DNA of 64,000 bases from Candidatus Woesebacteria bacterium RBG_16_42_24 (GCA_001792115.1 MGFX01000006.1:82537-146536); one strand, 5' to 3'; positions 28,983 through 39,020 are shown, counted from the stretch's first letter. Numbers and translations: made by a program. The notes: generated by a model not told the origin, from the letters alone.

Positions 28983-29693
28983 ATGGCATCAAAAGAGGGT
29001 TCTCAGGTTGAGTTTCGAGATGGTGAGGAGGCCCTTGGTGAAGCGATTCGGTGGATTACTAGCTGGCACGGCCGGGTGAGACAAAAATACAGCCTTACAC
29101 CCAACGTTTTAAGAAAGACTCGAATTGGCGAACTAAAGGTAGAAAACGAGGGAAATATAGAAGCTTTATATGTCTGGAGTATACAACACAATCTTAATAG
29201 CTCATTCGGCCAAGTTTCTATACTGGAACTTTCGCAAACGTTAACAGATAATCCAGACCACCCGTTCATTGGTCGCTTCTTCTACCAAACCAGGAATTTC
29301 GACAACTTAGTCGCGCTATCTTTTGGGTGGCGACTGGAAAATTCGGATGTTTTCTATGAGATGGTCGCAATGTCCAAAGGAAGAATAGATAGAATGGATA
29401 AAATAACTCGCCCCGGCGCCCTTTTTCCGGTATCGGGACTAGACGACCCTACACTTACTAGGCAATTGACCCAACAGATGGAGTTGAGTTTCTCTTACGA
29501 TAAAGGCAGGCTAGTTAGATGGGATTGTGAGGTTGGGTTTGAGCATTTACCAGCGTGTGCGGTATTTGAGAATGGGAATTTAATTCATAGGGACGAAGTT
29601 GGCCCAGGCTGTGAATTACCAAAGGCCTTTGATCCAACTCCACACATTAAAAGTTTTATGAGGCACAGGCCAAAAGAGCCAGTTCTTCCTTAA
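28983..29693 (+). CDS. Hypothetical protein
   Basis: 236-aa ORF with TACAAT just upstream. Confidence 0.65.
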   Translation: MASKEGSQVEFRDGEEALGEAIRWITSWHGRVRQKYSLTPNVLRKTRIGELKVENEGNIEALYVWSIQHNLNSSFGQVSILELSQTLTDNPDHPFIGRFFYQTRNFDNLVALSFGWRLENSDVFYEMVAMSKGRIDRMDKITRPGALFPVSGLDDPTLTRQLTQQMELSFSYDKGRLVRWDCEVGFEHLPACAVFENGNLIHRDEVGPGCELPKAFDPTPHIKSFMRHRPKEPVLP

Positions 29694-29722
29694 GAATAGC
29701 TTGCGGGGACGGTCCTTGTAAG
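29691..29722. repeat. Palindromic direct repeat, left copy
   Basis: taagaatagcttgcggggacggtccttgtaag; second copy at 31093. Confidence 0.8.
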
Positions 29723-29885
29723 GTGTTAGTCTTTGTAAGCTGTTAGGAACTTTTTACTAACCCAGCCTTTGATTTTTACTTTAAATTTAATCCCCGAAGG
29801 CGAACAAGGAAAGAATAATTGCCGAGAGTGATGGGTTAAGGAGAACAAAAGTCTCTAATGTGCTGCAGTGGTAGAATATGAGTAT

Positions 29886-31088
29886 ATGACAGATTTGGAA
29901 CCTGGCGCAGGCAGTTTCGAAAAACTTGGATTTAAACGCATAGGCAACTCTGATCTTTTTATTCAGGGCGAATTTGTGGTTGAAAATGCTTCAGAAACAT
30001 CTCCTTCAATTTTTGTTGACTACGATTCACATACGGATTGGCCAGGTGTTATTGGAATAAAACTGGGCAAAGGGTTCGGTGGATTAAGTTTGGTGACATT
30101 AACAGGCGATGGAGATGCAATAGAAAGAACCATCAACGGATCAGGGGGTGGAATTTGGCGTGGAGAAGTCCCGACAGAGGCGGAGTTTAGGGGTAGGACA
30201 ATTGAGAGTCAATTAGCGGATGCAGGATTTGACCCTGACAAGAAGGACGAACATTTATTTAGAAAGCGCGTAGATGAGGATGAATATAAAGGTTATGTTG
30301 TTGCATGGGTTCAAGATGGGAGACTTCAAAGAGTTCTAAAACCTGTACATCATAGAGTTACTGAATTGACAGGTGAGAAATTCGAAATCGCTGGATACAA
30401 GGACATAAAAGGGTTTTTTGGTAAACCAGCGTCAGCACTTACCCTGAAGAACGATTTGATGCAGTTTGATATTTCTTCTGAGATAGATGGTAGATTGGTT
30501 GATGGAAGCCAGAGGCTATTAAGAAGTGCCACTGAAGAGGAGCTTGGCCTTAATGAGTTCGAGGTTGTAACAGAGAGGAGTGGTTTCAAAATAGGGGGTG
30601 TCAATTCAACAGATTTAATACACAGTTTAGATTCACTGGCGGGTCAGCCTATAAGTAAATTAGAAGAGAGACTTAGACCAGGAAATGACTCAATGATGGG
30701 CTTCCTTGGCCAAAACGAATCTCTTATTAGTATTCTTGCAGATGATAATGATTTTGTACTTTCTCATGATTTGACACATCAGGATTTGGCGCTGCCATTG
30801 TTTTACGCCAGAGAACATTATCTGCAAGGAAAGGGGAGAGAATTTACATATAAAGGGAGAAAGTTTAGCATTCAAGCTACCGCATATAGAGGTATGCAAT
30901 TTTCACCATTTGATGACAGAACCGGAACTAATATTGATATGGTAATAAAAAATGAAGATACCGGAGCCTCTTTGTCCTACTCAGGACTTTTGCCTGACAT
31001 GATTCAACGCTATGGTTTTTATGAAGGGAAAGGCACTTCTTATCGCCTCGAGCCAAGTAAGATCCTGGAAGTGTTTGACTTTCTTTAA
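29886..31088 (+). CDS. Hypothetical protein flanked by direct repeats
   Basis: ~400-aa ORF; TAGAAT before ATG 29886; C-terminus GFYEGKGTSYRLEP. Confidence 0.75.
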   Translation: MTDLEPGAGSFEKLGFKRIGNSDLFIQGEFVVENASETSPSIFVDYDSHTDWPGVIGIKLGKGFGGLSLVTLTGDGDAIERTINGSGGGIWRGEVPTEAEFRGRTIESQLADAGFDPDKKDEHLFRKRVDEDEYKGYVVAWVQDGRLQRVLKPVHHRVTELTGEKFEIAGYKDIKGFFGKPASALTLKNDLMQFDISSEIDGRLVDGSQRLLRSATEEELGLNEFEVVTERSGFKIGGVNSTDLIHSLDSLAGQPISKLEERLRPGNDSMMGFLGQNESLISILADDNDFVLSHDLTHQDLALPLFYAREHYLQGKGREFTYKGRKFSIQATAYRGMQFSPFDDRTGTNIDMVIKNEDTGASLSYSGLLPDMIQRYGFYEGKGTSYRLEPSKILEVFDFL

Positions 31089-31092
31089 GAAG

Positions 31093-31125
31093 TAAGAATA
31101 GCTTGCGGGGACGGTCCCTGTAAGC
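31093..31125. repeat. Palindromic direct repeat, right copy
   Basis: taagaatagcttgcggggacggtccctgtaagc. Confidence 0.8.
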
Positions 31126-31156
31126 TGTGGGAGACTGCTTTTGTAGAGGGAATGAG

Positions 31157-31681
31157 CTAGTTAGCTTTCCCTGTCATTAAAAGATTGACAAGGAAAGTCT
31201 TGATCCCCGTTGGCCCCTCTTCCTTAATGAAGGAAGGAAGAATTGCTCCCACTAAAGATTGAAGTTCTCGTCCTTCTTGGTTTAACATCCCGACCCAGAT
31301 TTGAGGAAGTTCTGGATCTAAGCCGATGAAAACGCCCCTTCTGTTGTAAACGACAAATTTCCTCATCTCTTCGAAGGGGAGTAATCTTGTGCCCGCGAAG
31401 GGCCTGGATTTGTCGAAAATGAGGGTATTAACTGGGATCTCTCGAGCCCTAGTAGGAAGAGTGCGCTGTTCGGTAGTGTCAAGAAGAAGCCCTAGGCTAT
31501 CCTCGCCTCTTTGAGGCCAAAGCTTTTTCCGAACAATGAGTATAGCCATTTCCTTCTTGACTTCATGCCCCGCATACCGATCTTGAAGGACTGATTGAAG
31601 TTCAGTAAGAATCTGATGGGGATTGATTGTTTCAAGAATTACTCGGTCTTCTCGAATTAATGCCTCTTTCCCATTGGTCAT
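31157..31681 (-). CDS. Hypothetical protein
   Basis: ATG 31681 (MTNGKEAL) with TATAAT upstream on the minus strand. Confidence 0.6.
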   Translation of the reverse strand: MTNGKEALIREDRVILETINPHQILTELQSVLQDRYAGHEVKKEMAILIVRKKLWPQRGEDSLGLLLDTTEQRTLPTRAREIPVNTLIFDKSRPFAGTRLLPFEEMRKFVVYNRRGVFIGLDPELPQIWVGMLNQEGRELQSLVGAILPSFIKEEGPTGIKTFLVNLLMTGKAN

Positions 31682-31910
31682 ATCTTTATTTCTGGAGAGG
31701 ATTATAACATAAGAGCTTAACAATAAGCAGTTTAGTGCTAAAATGGGGCTAAATGTCACTTTCGGTTGGTATAGTAGAACTTCCAAACGCAGGCCCCAGT
31801 AGAACACTTTCCAATCCCGTGGTCTACGTCCACGCGTCATGGTGGCGTGTCAACGGGGCTATTCCGCATTTTTCTATCTCAAAGCTTTTCTTACAGAAAG
31901 GAGTTTTAAT

Positions 31911-32879
31911 ATGTCATTAAGCGTTGGTATTGTTGGACTCCCAAATGCGGGAAAATCGACGCTTTTTAATGCGCTTGTGGCCAGGCGCTTGGCTGAAACG
32001 GCCGCACGGCCTTTTACTACAATTGAACCCCACGAAGCGGTAGTTGCGGTTCCCGATAAAAATATTGAGGAGTTATCTCGTCTAATTTCCCCCGAGGAAA
32101 CGGTATATGCGAATGTTACTTTTATCGACATCGCGGGACTCGTCAGGGGAGCACACAAAGGCGAAGGTTTGGGGAATCAGTTTTTGGCAAAAATCCGCGA
32201 GGTCGACGCCATAACCCATGTTGTAAGGGCTTTCAAAGACCCCAACGTAAGCCACCAACACGCAACACACGAACCAGGCAGTCTAGATCAGATATTAGAA
32301 GATATAGAGATAGTTAACCTAGAACTCGAGCTAGGAGAAATAAAGGGCAAACCCATGATTTATGTTTTAAATGTTAATGAAAGTGATTTAGCCCAAAAGT
32401 CGCAAATAGAAGACTTTGTAATAAGAGTTAAAGACAAATACGGTGAAGCCCTCGCAATTTCCGCCAAGATAGAGGAGGATTTAATGGATCTTAATCCGAT
32501 TGAAAAGCGCGATTATCTAAGACAACTTGGGGTTCACGAGTCGGGTCTTGAGAAATTAATTAAGAAATCCTATGAACTTCTTAACTTAATTACTTTTTAT
32601 ACGATTAAACCCTCCTCCGCTAAAGCTTCGGAAGGGCGAGGGGGCGGAAACCAGGTTACAGCACGGAGTATAAAAGAGGGTTCAACCGCTATAGAGGCGG
32701 CGGCAGTTGTGCACACAGATTTTGCTAAGGGTTTTATTAAGGCAGAAGTGATTTCGGTAAGCGAACTATTAGAAACCGGAGGTTGGCATAATGCCAAAGA
32801 AAAGGGGAAGGTGAGACTCGAGGGAAGAGATTACGTTGTCCAAGACAGAGACGTGATTGAGTTTAAAGTGAATACCTAG
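31911..32879 (+). CDS. ychF: Obg-family ATPase YchF
   Basis: GLPNAGKST, DIAGLVRGAHKGEGLGNQFL and TGS-domain motifs; SD aaggag. Confidence 0.95.
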   Translation: MSLSVGIVGLPNAGKSTLFNALVARRLAETAARPFTTIEPHEAVVAVPDKNIEELSRLISPEETVYANVTFIDIAGLVRGAHKGEGLGNQFLAKIREVDAITHVVRAFKDPNVSHQHATHEPGSLDQILEDIEIVNLELELGEIKGKPMIYVLNVNESDLAQKSQIEDFVIRVKDKYGEALAISAKIEEDLMDLNPIEKRDYLRQLGVHESGLEKLIKKSYELLNLITFYTIKPSSAKASEGRGGGNQVTARSIKEGSTAIEAAAVVHTDFAKGFIKAEVISVSELLETGGWHNAKEKGKVRLEGRDYVVQDRDVIEFKVNT

Positions 32880-33203
32880 TCAGGGAAGACTTTCGGAGCC
32901 AGGTGCTGTTGGTGTGTCAATAGAAGCATCACTTGGAGTAAGTTCGGGGCTTGGATCGGTACGGAAACCAGACAACCGCTGACGAAGAATGCTAAGCGCT
33001 TCCTCAATTCGATCTGCTGTTAATTCAAGGATTTGAAACTTGTTATATTTTATAACCGCCGATTCCGCACCTGGAGTAGTTTCACCTTTTGAGTGTAATA
33101 GTATTGCCTCGTTCATTAAGCCTTTGGCAACAGCGAATCCCTGCTCGATTAAATTATCTAGATTAGATTTAACTTGTTCTGTTCTGCGTTCTCCGCCAGC
33201 CAT
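32880..33203 (-). CDS. Hypothetical protein
   Basis: 107-aa ORF with TAAACT just upstream of the ATG. Confidence 0.55.
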   Translation of the reverse strand: MAGGERRTEQVKSNLDNLIEQGFAVAKGLMNEAILLHSKGETTPGAESAVIKYNKFQILELTADRIEEALSILRQRLSGFRTDPSPELTPSDASIDTPTAPGSESLP

Positions 33204-33246
33204 TTCAGAAAGTTTAGCACACTATGTCAAATTGATACGTCTGTTC

Positions 33247-33537
33247 ATTCTTTGCTTGTCCAAAGAAGGGGCTGTTACTTTCTTTGCTTCTCCGAAAGAA
33301 AGTAACCTTTAGATGCGAGCCCCCAATAAAAATTTGATAACTCCTCGTTTTCGTTCGTACTTTGTCGCTTAACTCCTCGTGTCAAGCACTTCGTCGGACA
33401 ATACGCGACTTTTTGAATTGAACTCACTCAACTCGTCGAAATCAAATTTTAAAGGGGATTGTTGATAATTTTGAATTTTGCTTGCCCGCCGAAGCCTCGG
33501 CGAAGACGGGACATTTGACCTTTGAGTTTTGACATTT
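33247..33537. repeat. Composite repeat tract: two hairpins, a fold-back element, a palindrome and heptamers
   Basis: gttactttcttt/aaagaaagtaac hairpin; taaaatttgat/atcaaatttta inverted repeat; palindrome at 33481-33511 inside a tttga-type heptamer run. Confidence 0.7.
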
Positions 33538-33557
33538 CATAAGTTATACTTTCCCGT

Positions 33558-33854
33558 ATGCAAAAATACGAGTTGACGGTAGTTTTGGATGGAAAAGTAA
33601 CCCCCGCCAAAAAAAAGTCAGTTAGGGGAGATATTGAAAAACTGGTTTCTACTTTCAAGGGCAAAGTGGGAACGGTTGAGGATTGGGGAGAAAAACCCTT
33701 GGCCTACAAGATTGAAAAAAGCGAGAGTGGAAATTTTCTTTTCTTTCCTCTAGAATTAGACCCGCAAGAAGTTAAAGGTTTATCAACAAAGCTGAATATC
33801 GAAGAAAACATCGTCAGATTTTTACTTATAAGGAAGGACCCTTCTTCGCACTAG
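33558..33854 (+). CDS. rpsF: 30S ribosomal protein S6
   Basis: KYELTVVL and WGEKPLAYKI motifs; rpsF-ssb-rpsR order. Confidence 0.94.
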   Translation: MQKYELTVVLDGKVTPAKKKSVRGDIEKLVSTFKGKVGTVEDWGEKPLAYKIEKSESGNFLFFPLELDPQEVKGLSTKLNIEENIVRFLLIRKDPSSH

Positions 33855-33874
33855 GCTTTCGAAGGGTAAAATAA

Positions 33875-34429
33875 ATGGCACGAAGTCTAAATAAGGTCGT
33901 ATTAATAGGGAATTTAACACGAGATCCGGAACTGCGCTACACTCCCCAGGGAACTGCGGTCTGCACCTTTGGACTCGCTACTAACCGCCAGTGGGTGACA
34001 GAGGGCGGGGAGAAAAAAGAAGAAGCGGAATTTCATAGGCTAGTTTCCTGGAATAAGCTCGCTGAAATTTGTTCACAGCTTCTTAGCAAAGGAAGAAAGG
34101 TTTACGTTGAGGGGAGACTGCAAACTCGTACTTGGACCGGTCAGGACGGAAACCAAAGGACTTCAACTGAAATAGTGATTTCGGATATGATACTTCTTGA
34201 TTCTAGGCGTGACGTAGGGGAACTTGAGATGCCGGAGGCGACTATTGAGGCCCCAACCGTTGAATCTGGAGAGGTCGAACCCGAGGAGGTTGTGACCACG
34301 AAAGCTCCGGAAAAAGAAGAAAAGAAGAAGAAAGCCGGAGGTCCTGAGCCGGCCGAAGGAAAAGTCAAAAAGGGAAAGAAAACCGACAAAAAGGTGACTT
34401 CAGAGGAGGAAGAAGAAATTCCCTTCTAA
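33875..34429 (+). CDS. ssb: Single-stranded DNA-binding protein
   Basis: LNKVVLIGNLTRDPE motif and EEIPF tail. Confidence 0.98.
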   Translation: MARSLNKVVLIGNLTRDPELRYTPQGTAVCTFGLATNRQWVTEGGEKKEEAEFHRLVSWNKLAEICSQLLSKGRKVYVEGRLQTRTWTGQDGNQRTSTEIVISDMILLDSRRDVGELEMPEATIEAPTVESGEVEPEEVVTTKAPEKEEKKKKAGGPEPAEGKVKKGKKTDKKVTSEEEEEIPF

Positions 34430-34439
34430 CTAATATAAA

Positions 34440-34700
34440 ATGCCCCCAAAGAAAACCTCGAGAAAAAGAGCCAGGAGATTTGAAAGTGAAGCCCCGAGAT
34501 CGGCCGTATGCCCTTTTTGTGAAGGCAAAAAGGATCCCGATTACAAAGCATTTGAGGAGCTTAAAAGATTTGTAACCGACCGCGGCAAAATTATCGGAAG
34601 AAAGCGCTCAGGAGTTTGTGCAAAACACCAAAGAAGATTAACTATTGCCATAAAACGGGCAAGATTCCTCGGGCTTCTTCCTTACACTTCGGGTCTTTAG
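34440..34700 (+). CDS. rpsR: 30S ribosomal protein S18
   Basis: DYK, RGKI and [13 protein letters not shown] motifs. Confidence 0.96.
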   Translation: MPPKKTSRKRARRFESEAPRSAVCPFCEGKKDPDYKAFEELKRFVTDRGKIIGRKRSGVCAKHQRRLTIAIKRARFLGLLPYTSGL

Positions 34701-34723
34701 ATGTTACAATTTTAAAAGTCTAA

Positions 34724-35974
34724 ATGGAGCCAACAAATAGTCTGCCCAAAATAAACTTCGCTGTAGCTCGAAAAGTAATATTTTCGTTAATTGTTTTATC
34801 AGCCACCTTTTCGGCTGGTTACCTAGTAGGATTTAGGGGCTATCAGGGGAGTCTGACCCAGTTTCCTAAAGTTACTATTAATCGGGAGCTTCCCCAAGAT
34901 AAGAAAGATTTAGACTTTTCTCTTTTTTGGAGAGTTTGGGATACAGTAAATTCCTCCTATTTCGACAAAGAAAAGATAATTCCGGCGCAGATGGTTTACG
35001 GGGCGATTGAAGGGATGGTGCAGGCCTTAGGAGATCCATACACGGTTTTTCTTTCTCCTGATAAAAACAAAGTTGTTCAAGAAGACCTTCTGGGTAGTTT
35101 TGACGGGATAGGAATCCAAATTGGCTTTAAAGGCAGCCAACTTGCAGTTATTGCACCCCTACCAGAGTCACCGGCCGAGAAAGCCGGGATTGAAGCTGGA
35201 GACTTTATAGTTGGTATAAAAGACCCGGAAAAAGGGATAGAACGCGGGACTATTGGTATTTCAATAACCGACGCTGTTTCGGCAATCAGGGGTCCGGCGG
35301 GCTCCGTTGTTACGCTAACCCTTCTGCGCGATGGGGTGGAGGAACCGATTGTTGTTGACGTTACCCGTGAGTCAATTGACGTGCCATCGGTTTCTCTAGC
35401 TTTTGTTGGCGACAAGGAGTCTATCGCCCACGTAAGACTCCTTAAATTCGGTGGAGAAACTGAAGGAGAGTGGGAAAGTGCAGTTACCCAAATTCTGACA
35501 AAACCCGACGTAAAGGGGATAGTCTTGGACCTTCGTAATAACCCGGGTGGATACTTGCAGGGAGCGGTTGATATCGCCAGCGAGTTTATGAAAAATGGAC
35601 ATGTCGTAGTCATTGAAGAAAGGGGCGATGAAAAAAGTGAGTATGTGGTTGAAAAACTCGGAAGGTTTTTGAATACCCCCCTTGTCATTTTGGTTAATGG
35701 GGGATCTGCTTCAGCTTCCGAAATTCTTGCAGGGGCGCTACGCGACGATAAAAAGATTCAACTAGTTGGCGAAACGACTTTTGGCAAAGGAACCATTCAA
35801 GAGCCCCAGCAGGTCGACGGCGGAGCGGGACTTCACATCACGATTGCGAGGTGGCTTACGCCTAGCGGCGTATGGGTTGACGGGAAGGGGTTAACGCCAG
35901 ATTTTGAGCTCGAAAATAATGCTGATACCCCGGAGGATGAGCAGTTGCAAAAAGCGCTAGAGCTACTACAATAA
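34724..35974 (+). CDS. S41 carboxyl-terminal processing protease
   Basis: DLRNNPGG, SASASEI and TFGKG motifs plus PDZ. Confidence 0.95.
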   Translation: MEPTNSLPKINFAVARKVIFSLIVLSATFSAGYLVGFRGYQGSLTQFPKVTINRELPQDKKDLDFSLFWRVWDTVNSSYFDKEKIIPAQMVYGAIEGMVQALGDPYTVFLSPDKNKVVQEDLLGSFDGIGIQIGFKGSQLAVIAPLPESPAEKAGIEAGDFIVGIKDPEKGIERGTIGISITDAVSAIRGPAGSVVTLTLLRDGVEEPIVVDVTRESIDVPSVSLAFVGDKESIAHVRLLKFGGETEGEWESAVTQILTKPDVKGIVLDLRNNPGGYLQGAVDIASEFMKNGHVVVIEERGDEKSEYVVEKLGRFLNTPLVILVNGGSASASEILAGALRDDKKIQLVGETTFGKGTIQEPQQVDGGAGLHITIARWLTPSGVWVDGKGLTPDFELENNADTPEDEQLQKALELLQ

Positions 35975-35986
35975 AATTTTATCCTT

Positions 35987-37129
35987 ATGAAGGTACTCAA
36001 TTTAAAAAAGTTTGTCTTAGGGTTTGCAATCGGCCTTTTGATTTTAGTTGCGATAACAGGTGGAGCCATCGCCGACCGGCTATTTGGCTTAAAACCACTC
36101 GATTTATTAATCCCCAGGGAAGGATCTGCTCTTAGATTTGATCAGCGAATTTTGACCGAAGAATCGGTCGTAATTGACGTCGCCGAGCGCGTTTCACCTT
36201 CGGTGGTTACAGTGTCAGTTCAAACCCCCAAAAGAAGAGTCTTGGAATTTTCTCCTTTTGGAGGATTTTCCTCAAGGGTTGAGGGAGGAACCCCACAGGA
36301 TATTGGGACAGGCTTTATAGTTTCCGAAGACGGACTCATCATTACCAATAAGCACGTTGTATCCGCAGACGCAACATATAAAGTAGTTACTAAAGATGGG
36401 AAAGAATACGAGGTGACACAAATAAGTCGCGACCCCTCAAACGATATTGCAGTCATTAAAATAAATGCAAGCGGCTTAACCCCGGTTGAGTTGGGAGATT
36501 CGGGAAATCTTAAGGTGGGGCAGTTTGTGATTGCGATTGGAACAGCTTTGGGCGAGTTTAGGCATACGGTTACTACGGGTGTTATTTCGGGGTTAGGGCG
36601 CGGGATTACTGCGGGTAGTGCACTTGAGGGGTATGTTGAGAAGTTGGACGACGTAATTCAAACCGACGCTGCAATCAATCCGGGGAACTCCGGTGGCCCG
36701 CTTCTAAATTCCGCCGGTCAAGTTATAGGAGTCAATGTAGCCGTGGCCTCGGATGCGCAAAACGTTGGATTTGCTCTGCCGATAAATGTAGTCAAGGAAG
36801 CTCTCGACCAATTCAAAACCACCGGCAAGTTTGCCTCAAAACCCTACTTAGGCGTTGAATATCAAATGATTTCCAAGGATACCGCAATTCTAAATAATGT
36901 TCCCCAGGGAGCTTATGTGGTAAATGTGGTCGAGGGTTCACCCGCCGCAAGCGCCGGAATACAACCCGAGGACATTATTACCAAAATGGCGGGGGAGGAA
37001 CTAAATGAGGATAATACTTTGGCTGATGTTATAGTTAAGAAACAGCCTGGAGAAAAAGTGGATCTTGAAATCTGGCGAGACGGCCAGACTCTCACCCTCT
37101 CCGCCACCCTCTCGGAATTTTCGGAATAA
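35987..37129 (+). CDS. HtrA/DegP-family serine protease with PDZ
   Basis: TNKHVV, DIAVIK and QTDAAINPGNSGGPL motifs. Confidence 0.96.
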   Translation: MKVLNLKKFVLGFAIGLLILVAITGGAIADRLFGLKPLDLLIPREGSALRFDQRILTEESVVIDVAERVSPSVVTVSVQTPKRRVLEFSPFGGFSSRVEGGTPQDIGTGFIVSEDGLIITNKHVVSADATYKVVTKDGKEYEVTQISRDPSNDIAVIKINASGLTPVELGDSGNLKVGQFVIAIGTALGEFRHTVTTGVISGLGRGITAGSALEGYVEKLDDVIQTDAAINPGNSGGPLLNSAGQVIGVNVAVASDAQNVGFALPINVVKEALDQFKTTGKFASKPYLGVEYQMISKDTAILNNVPQGAYVVNVVEGSPAASAGIQPEDIITKMAGEELNEDNTLADVIVKKQPGEKVDLEIWRDGQTLTLSATLSEFSE

Positions 37130-37141
37130 AGTCTTTGGGCA

Positions 37142-38068
37142 TTATTTCTTATAAAATCTTTCTATAACTTCAAGAACAAGCATGGCAGCTCTTTCAGTAA
37201 CTTCCTGTGTTGGGCCCGACGCATCTAGGCAAGCATAAGCGAACGGTTTTTCAAGGCCAGGCAAGCTAAGGCCCCTTAGGTCTCTATGAAACCTTAGATA
37301 TTGTTCGTAAAGAACAGGCAGGAACCTGGGGTGCATTACCATTCCGTATGATTCACGGGGACCTTCACGACCCAGAGACTCTTTTGGGGAAACCAGAAAC
37401 ATGACTACGGCATTGTCAAAATCATTGAGATTGGAAATACCACGATTAACGTTAAAGGTTGACGAGGAGAAAGACTGAGCATCGAATCTTCCATACATAA
37501 AATTGGCTTTGTTAAAAGGCAGAATGTCGATTGGGCCCCTATCGACCAGTAGAATCTCGGGTACCGACCCATAGGGAATCCCTTTTAGGTAAAGATGAAA
37601 TTCTGTAGTATAGGCTATTACTAAAGATGTGACTAATTGTGAGTAGTCAAGGCCAGTTACTCTTTCTTGGCTAAGTCTTTTTATGGGAGATGCCACTTCT
37701 GGTAGTAATTGTACGGAAGGGTTTTGCTGTGATATTTCGCCAAACACTTTTTCGATTAGAGTTGTCTTGCCAGAGCGCGGCATTCCAATTATATGAACCG
37801 CTAGGGGTTTTGATTTATCTCTTTTTAGACCCTCCGGGAAAAAGACCCTATTTATATCTTTTAGTTTCGAAGGCTGGTCTAGCCTGCCTACCCCAGAGAA
37901 TTGAAGGGAAATCTGTGTTTTTAAATGCTCTGCAAGTAGGGTATCGAAATTTTCCTGTCTGTCGTGTACGGGCTTTCCGCTATTAGTTAGTCTAAGAAGA
38001 GCCAGTTTTGCTTCCATATAACGTATATTTTCGAGAGGAAGAGGCGAAGAAATGTCATTTTCATGCAT
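37142..38068 (-). CDS. P-loop nucleotide-kinase-like protein (thymidylate/deoxynucleoside kinase or AAA_28-like)
   Basis: GMPRSGKTT and LVDRGPID motifs; start moved to ATG 38068. Confidence 0.65.
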   Translation of the reverse strand: MHENDISSPLPLENIRYMEAKLALLRLTNSGKPVHDRQENFDTLLAEHLKTQISLQFSGVGRLDQPSKLKDINRVFFPEGLKRDKSKPLAVHIIGMPRSGKTTLIEKVFGEISQQNPSVQLLPEVASPIKRLSQERVTGLDYSQLVTSLVIAYTTEFHLYLKGIPYGSVPEILLVDRGPIDILPFNKANFMYGRFDAQSFSSSTFNVNRGISNLNDFDNAVVMFLVSPKESLGREGPRESYGMVMHPRFLPVLYEQYLRFHRDLRGLSLPGLEKPFAYACLDASGPTQEVTERAAMLVLEVIERFYKK

Positions 38069-38147
38069 AATTTTCTGGCAAGTTTCGTAAATATACCATA
38101 AATTAGAGATTTTGAAGTAGACTTTTGTCTCCCGAATGGTAAAATCC

Positions 38148-38258
38148 TTGGCAGATGTCATTGTCAAAAAACAGCCGGGAGAGGTTGTTTCGCTTGAAAT
38201 CTGGCGCGACGGCCAGACTCTCACATTCTCCGCCACCCTCTCCGAGTTCTCGGAGTAA
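38148..38258 (+). pseudogene. Duplicated 3' end of the htrA gene
   Basis: Encodes LADVIVKKQPGEVVSLEIWRDGQTLTFSATLSEFSE*, versus the htrA end LADVIVKKQPGEKVDLEIWRDGQTLTLSATLSEFSE*. Confidence 0.85.
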
Positions 38259-38263
38259 ATCAC

Positions 38264-38300
38264 TTGACAAAAGATTTTGCACAGTCTATTATTACACTGT
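38264..38300 (+). promoter_or_regulatory. Sigma70 promoter with a palindromic operator for the TA operon
   Basis: TTGACA-17 nt-TATTAT; ACAGT...ACTGT dyad overlaps the -10. Confidence 0.65.
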
Positions 38301-38546
38301 ATGACAATAATCTTGAGAAATACGGAGGTCGTTTCTATCTCCTTACCTAAAAGAATTGCTAAGAAGTTAAGAGTGGTTAGCAAAAGTAAAGGGCAATCTC
38401 GCAGCGCCTTTATTGCTTCTTTGATTGATAAAGAAGCAGAAAATGAAAGGTGGAAGTATTTGTTAAAGTTAGGCCGAGAGACCGGCAAGAAATTTAATAT
38501 AACCAGCGAGGATGATATAGACAGAATCTTGCATGAATCTTCCTAG
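38301..38546 (+). CDS. Ribbon-helix-helix (CopG-like) antitoxin
   Basis: VVSISLP...SRSAFI pattern; overlaps the PIN gene. Confidence 0.85.
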   Translation: MTIILRNTEVVSISLPKRIAKKLRVVSKSKGQSRSAFIASLIDKEAENERWKYLLKLGRETGKKFNITSEDDIDRILHESS

Positions 38547-38952
38547 GGTAATCCTGGATACTAATGTTTATATATCAGGACTTTTATATGGTGGGAATCC
38601 CTTATCTTGTTTGGAGTTGGCCCGGGAAAAGAAGATAAGGATATTTACATCTAGAGCACAAATTCTTGAGCTAAGTCAGAAGCTTTATACAAAATTTGAT
38701 TGGAAAGAGGACGATATAAAAAAATTGATTAAGAGTATTGGTTTGTTTACAGAGCTGATTGAGCCGAAACACAGTATAACATTAATAGAGAAAGACGAAT
38801 CGGATAACAGAGTTTTGGAGATAGCAAAAGAGATCGGTGCTGACTTTATAATTTCAGGCGATAAAAAACACATTCTGCCCCTGAAGAAATTTGAAGGAAC
38901 AAAAATCATATCAGCAGCTGATTTCATTAAACAATTCACTCCAGAAAATTGA
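38533..38952 (+). CDS. PIN-domain toxin
   Basis: VILDTNVYIS, DESDNRVLE and IISGDKKH motifs. Confidence 0.92.
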   Translation: MNLPRVILDTNVYISGLLYGGNPLSCLELAREKKIRIFTSRAQILELSQKLYTKFDWKEDDIKKLIKSIGLFTELIEPKHSITLIEKDESDNRVLEIAKEIGADFIISGDKKHILPLKKFEGTKIISAADFIKQFTPEN

Positions 38953-38956
38953 TCTG

Positions 38957-38990
38957 ACCCTTTCCGAATTTTCGGAATAAATCACTTGAC
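38957..38990 (+). repeat. Third, short copy of the htrA 3' end, carrying a -35 box
   Basis: accctttccgaattttcggaataaatcacttgac. Confidence 0.75.
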
Positions 38991-39020
38991 GAACTCTTTT
39001 CATTAATTTAGAATCCGCTC

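Noticed and set aside
35077-35688. Long antisense ORFs (also 3461-3946, 16476-17006, 42895-43392, 52356-52916, 60588-61025)
   Set aside because: Shadows of well-supported genes on the opposite strand, with no motifs
37142-38488. 448-aa version of the minus-strand kinase ORF
   Set aside because: The first 140 codons are antisense to the antitoxin and the htrA duplicate; ATG 38068 is the plausible start
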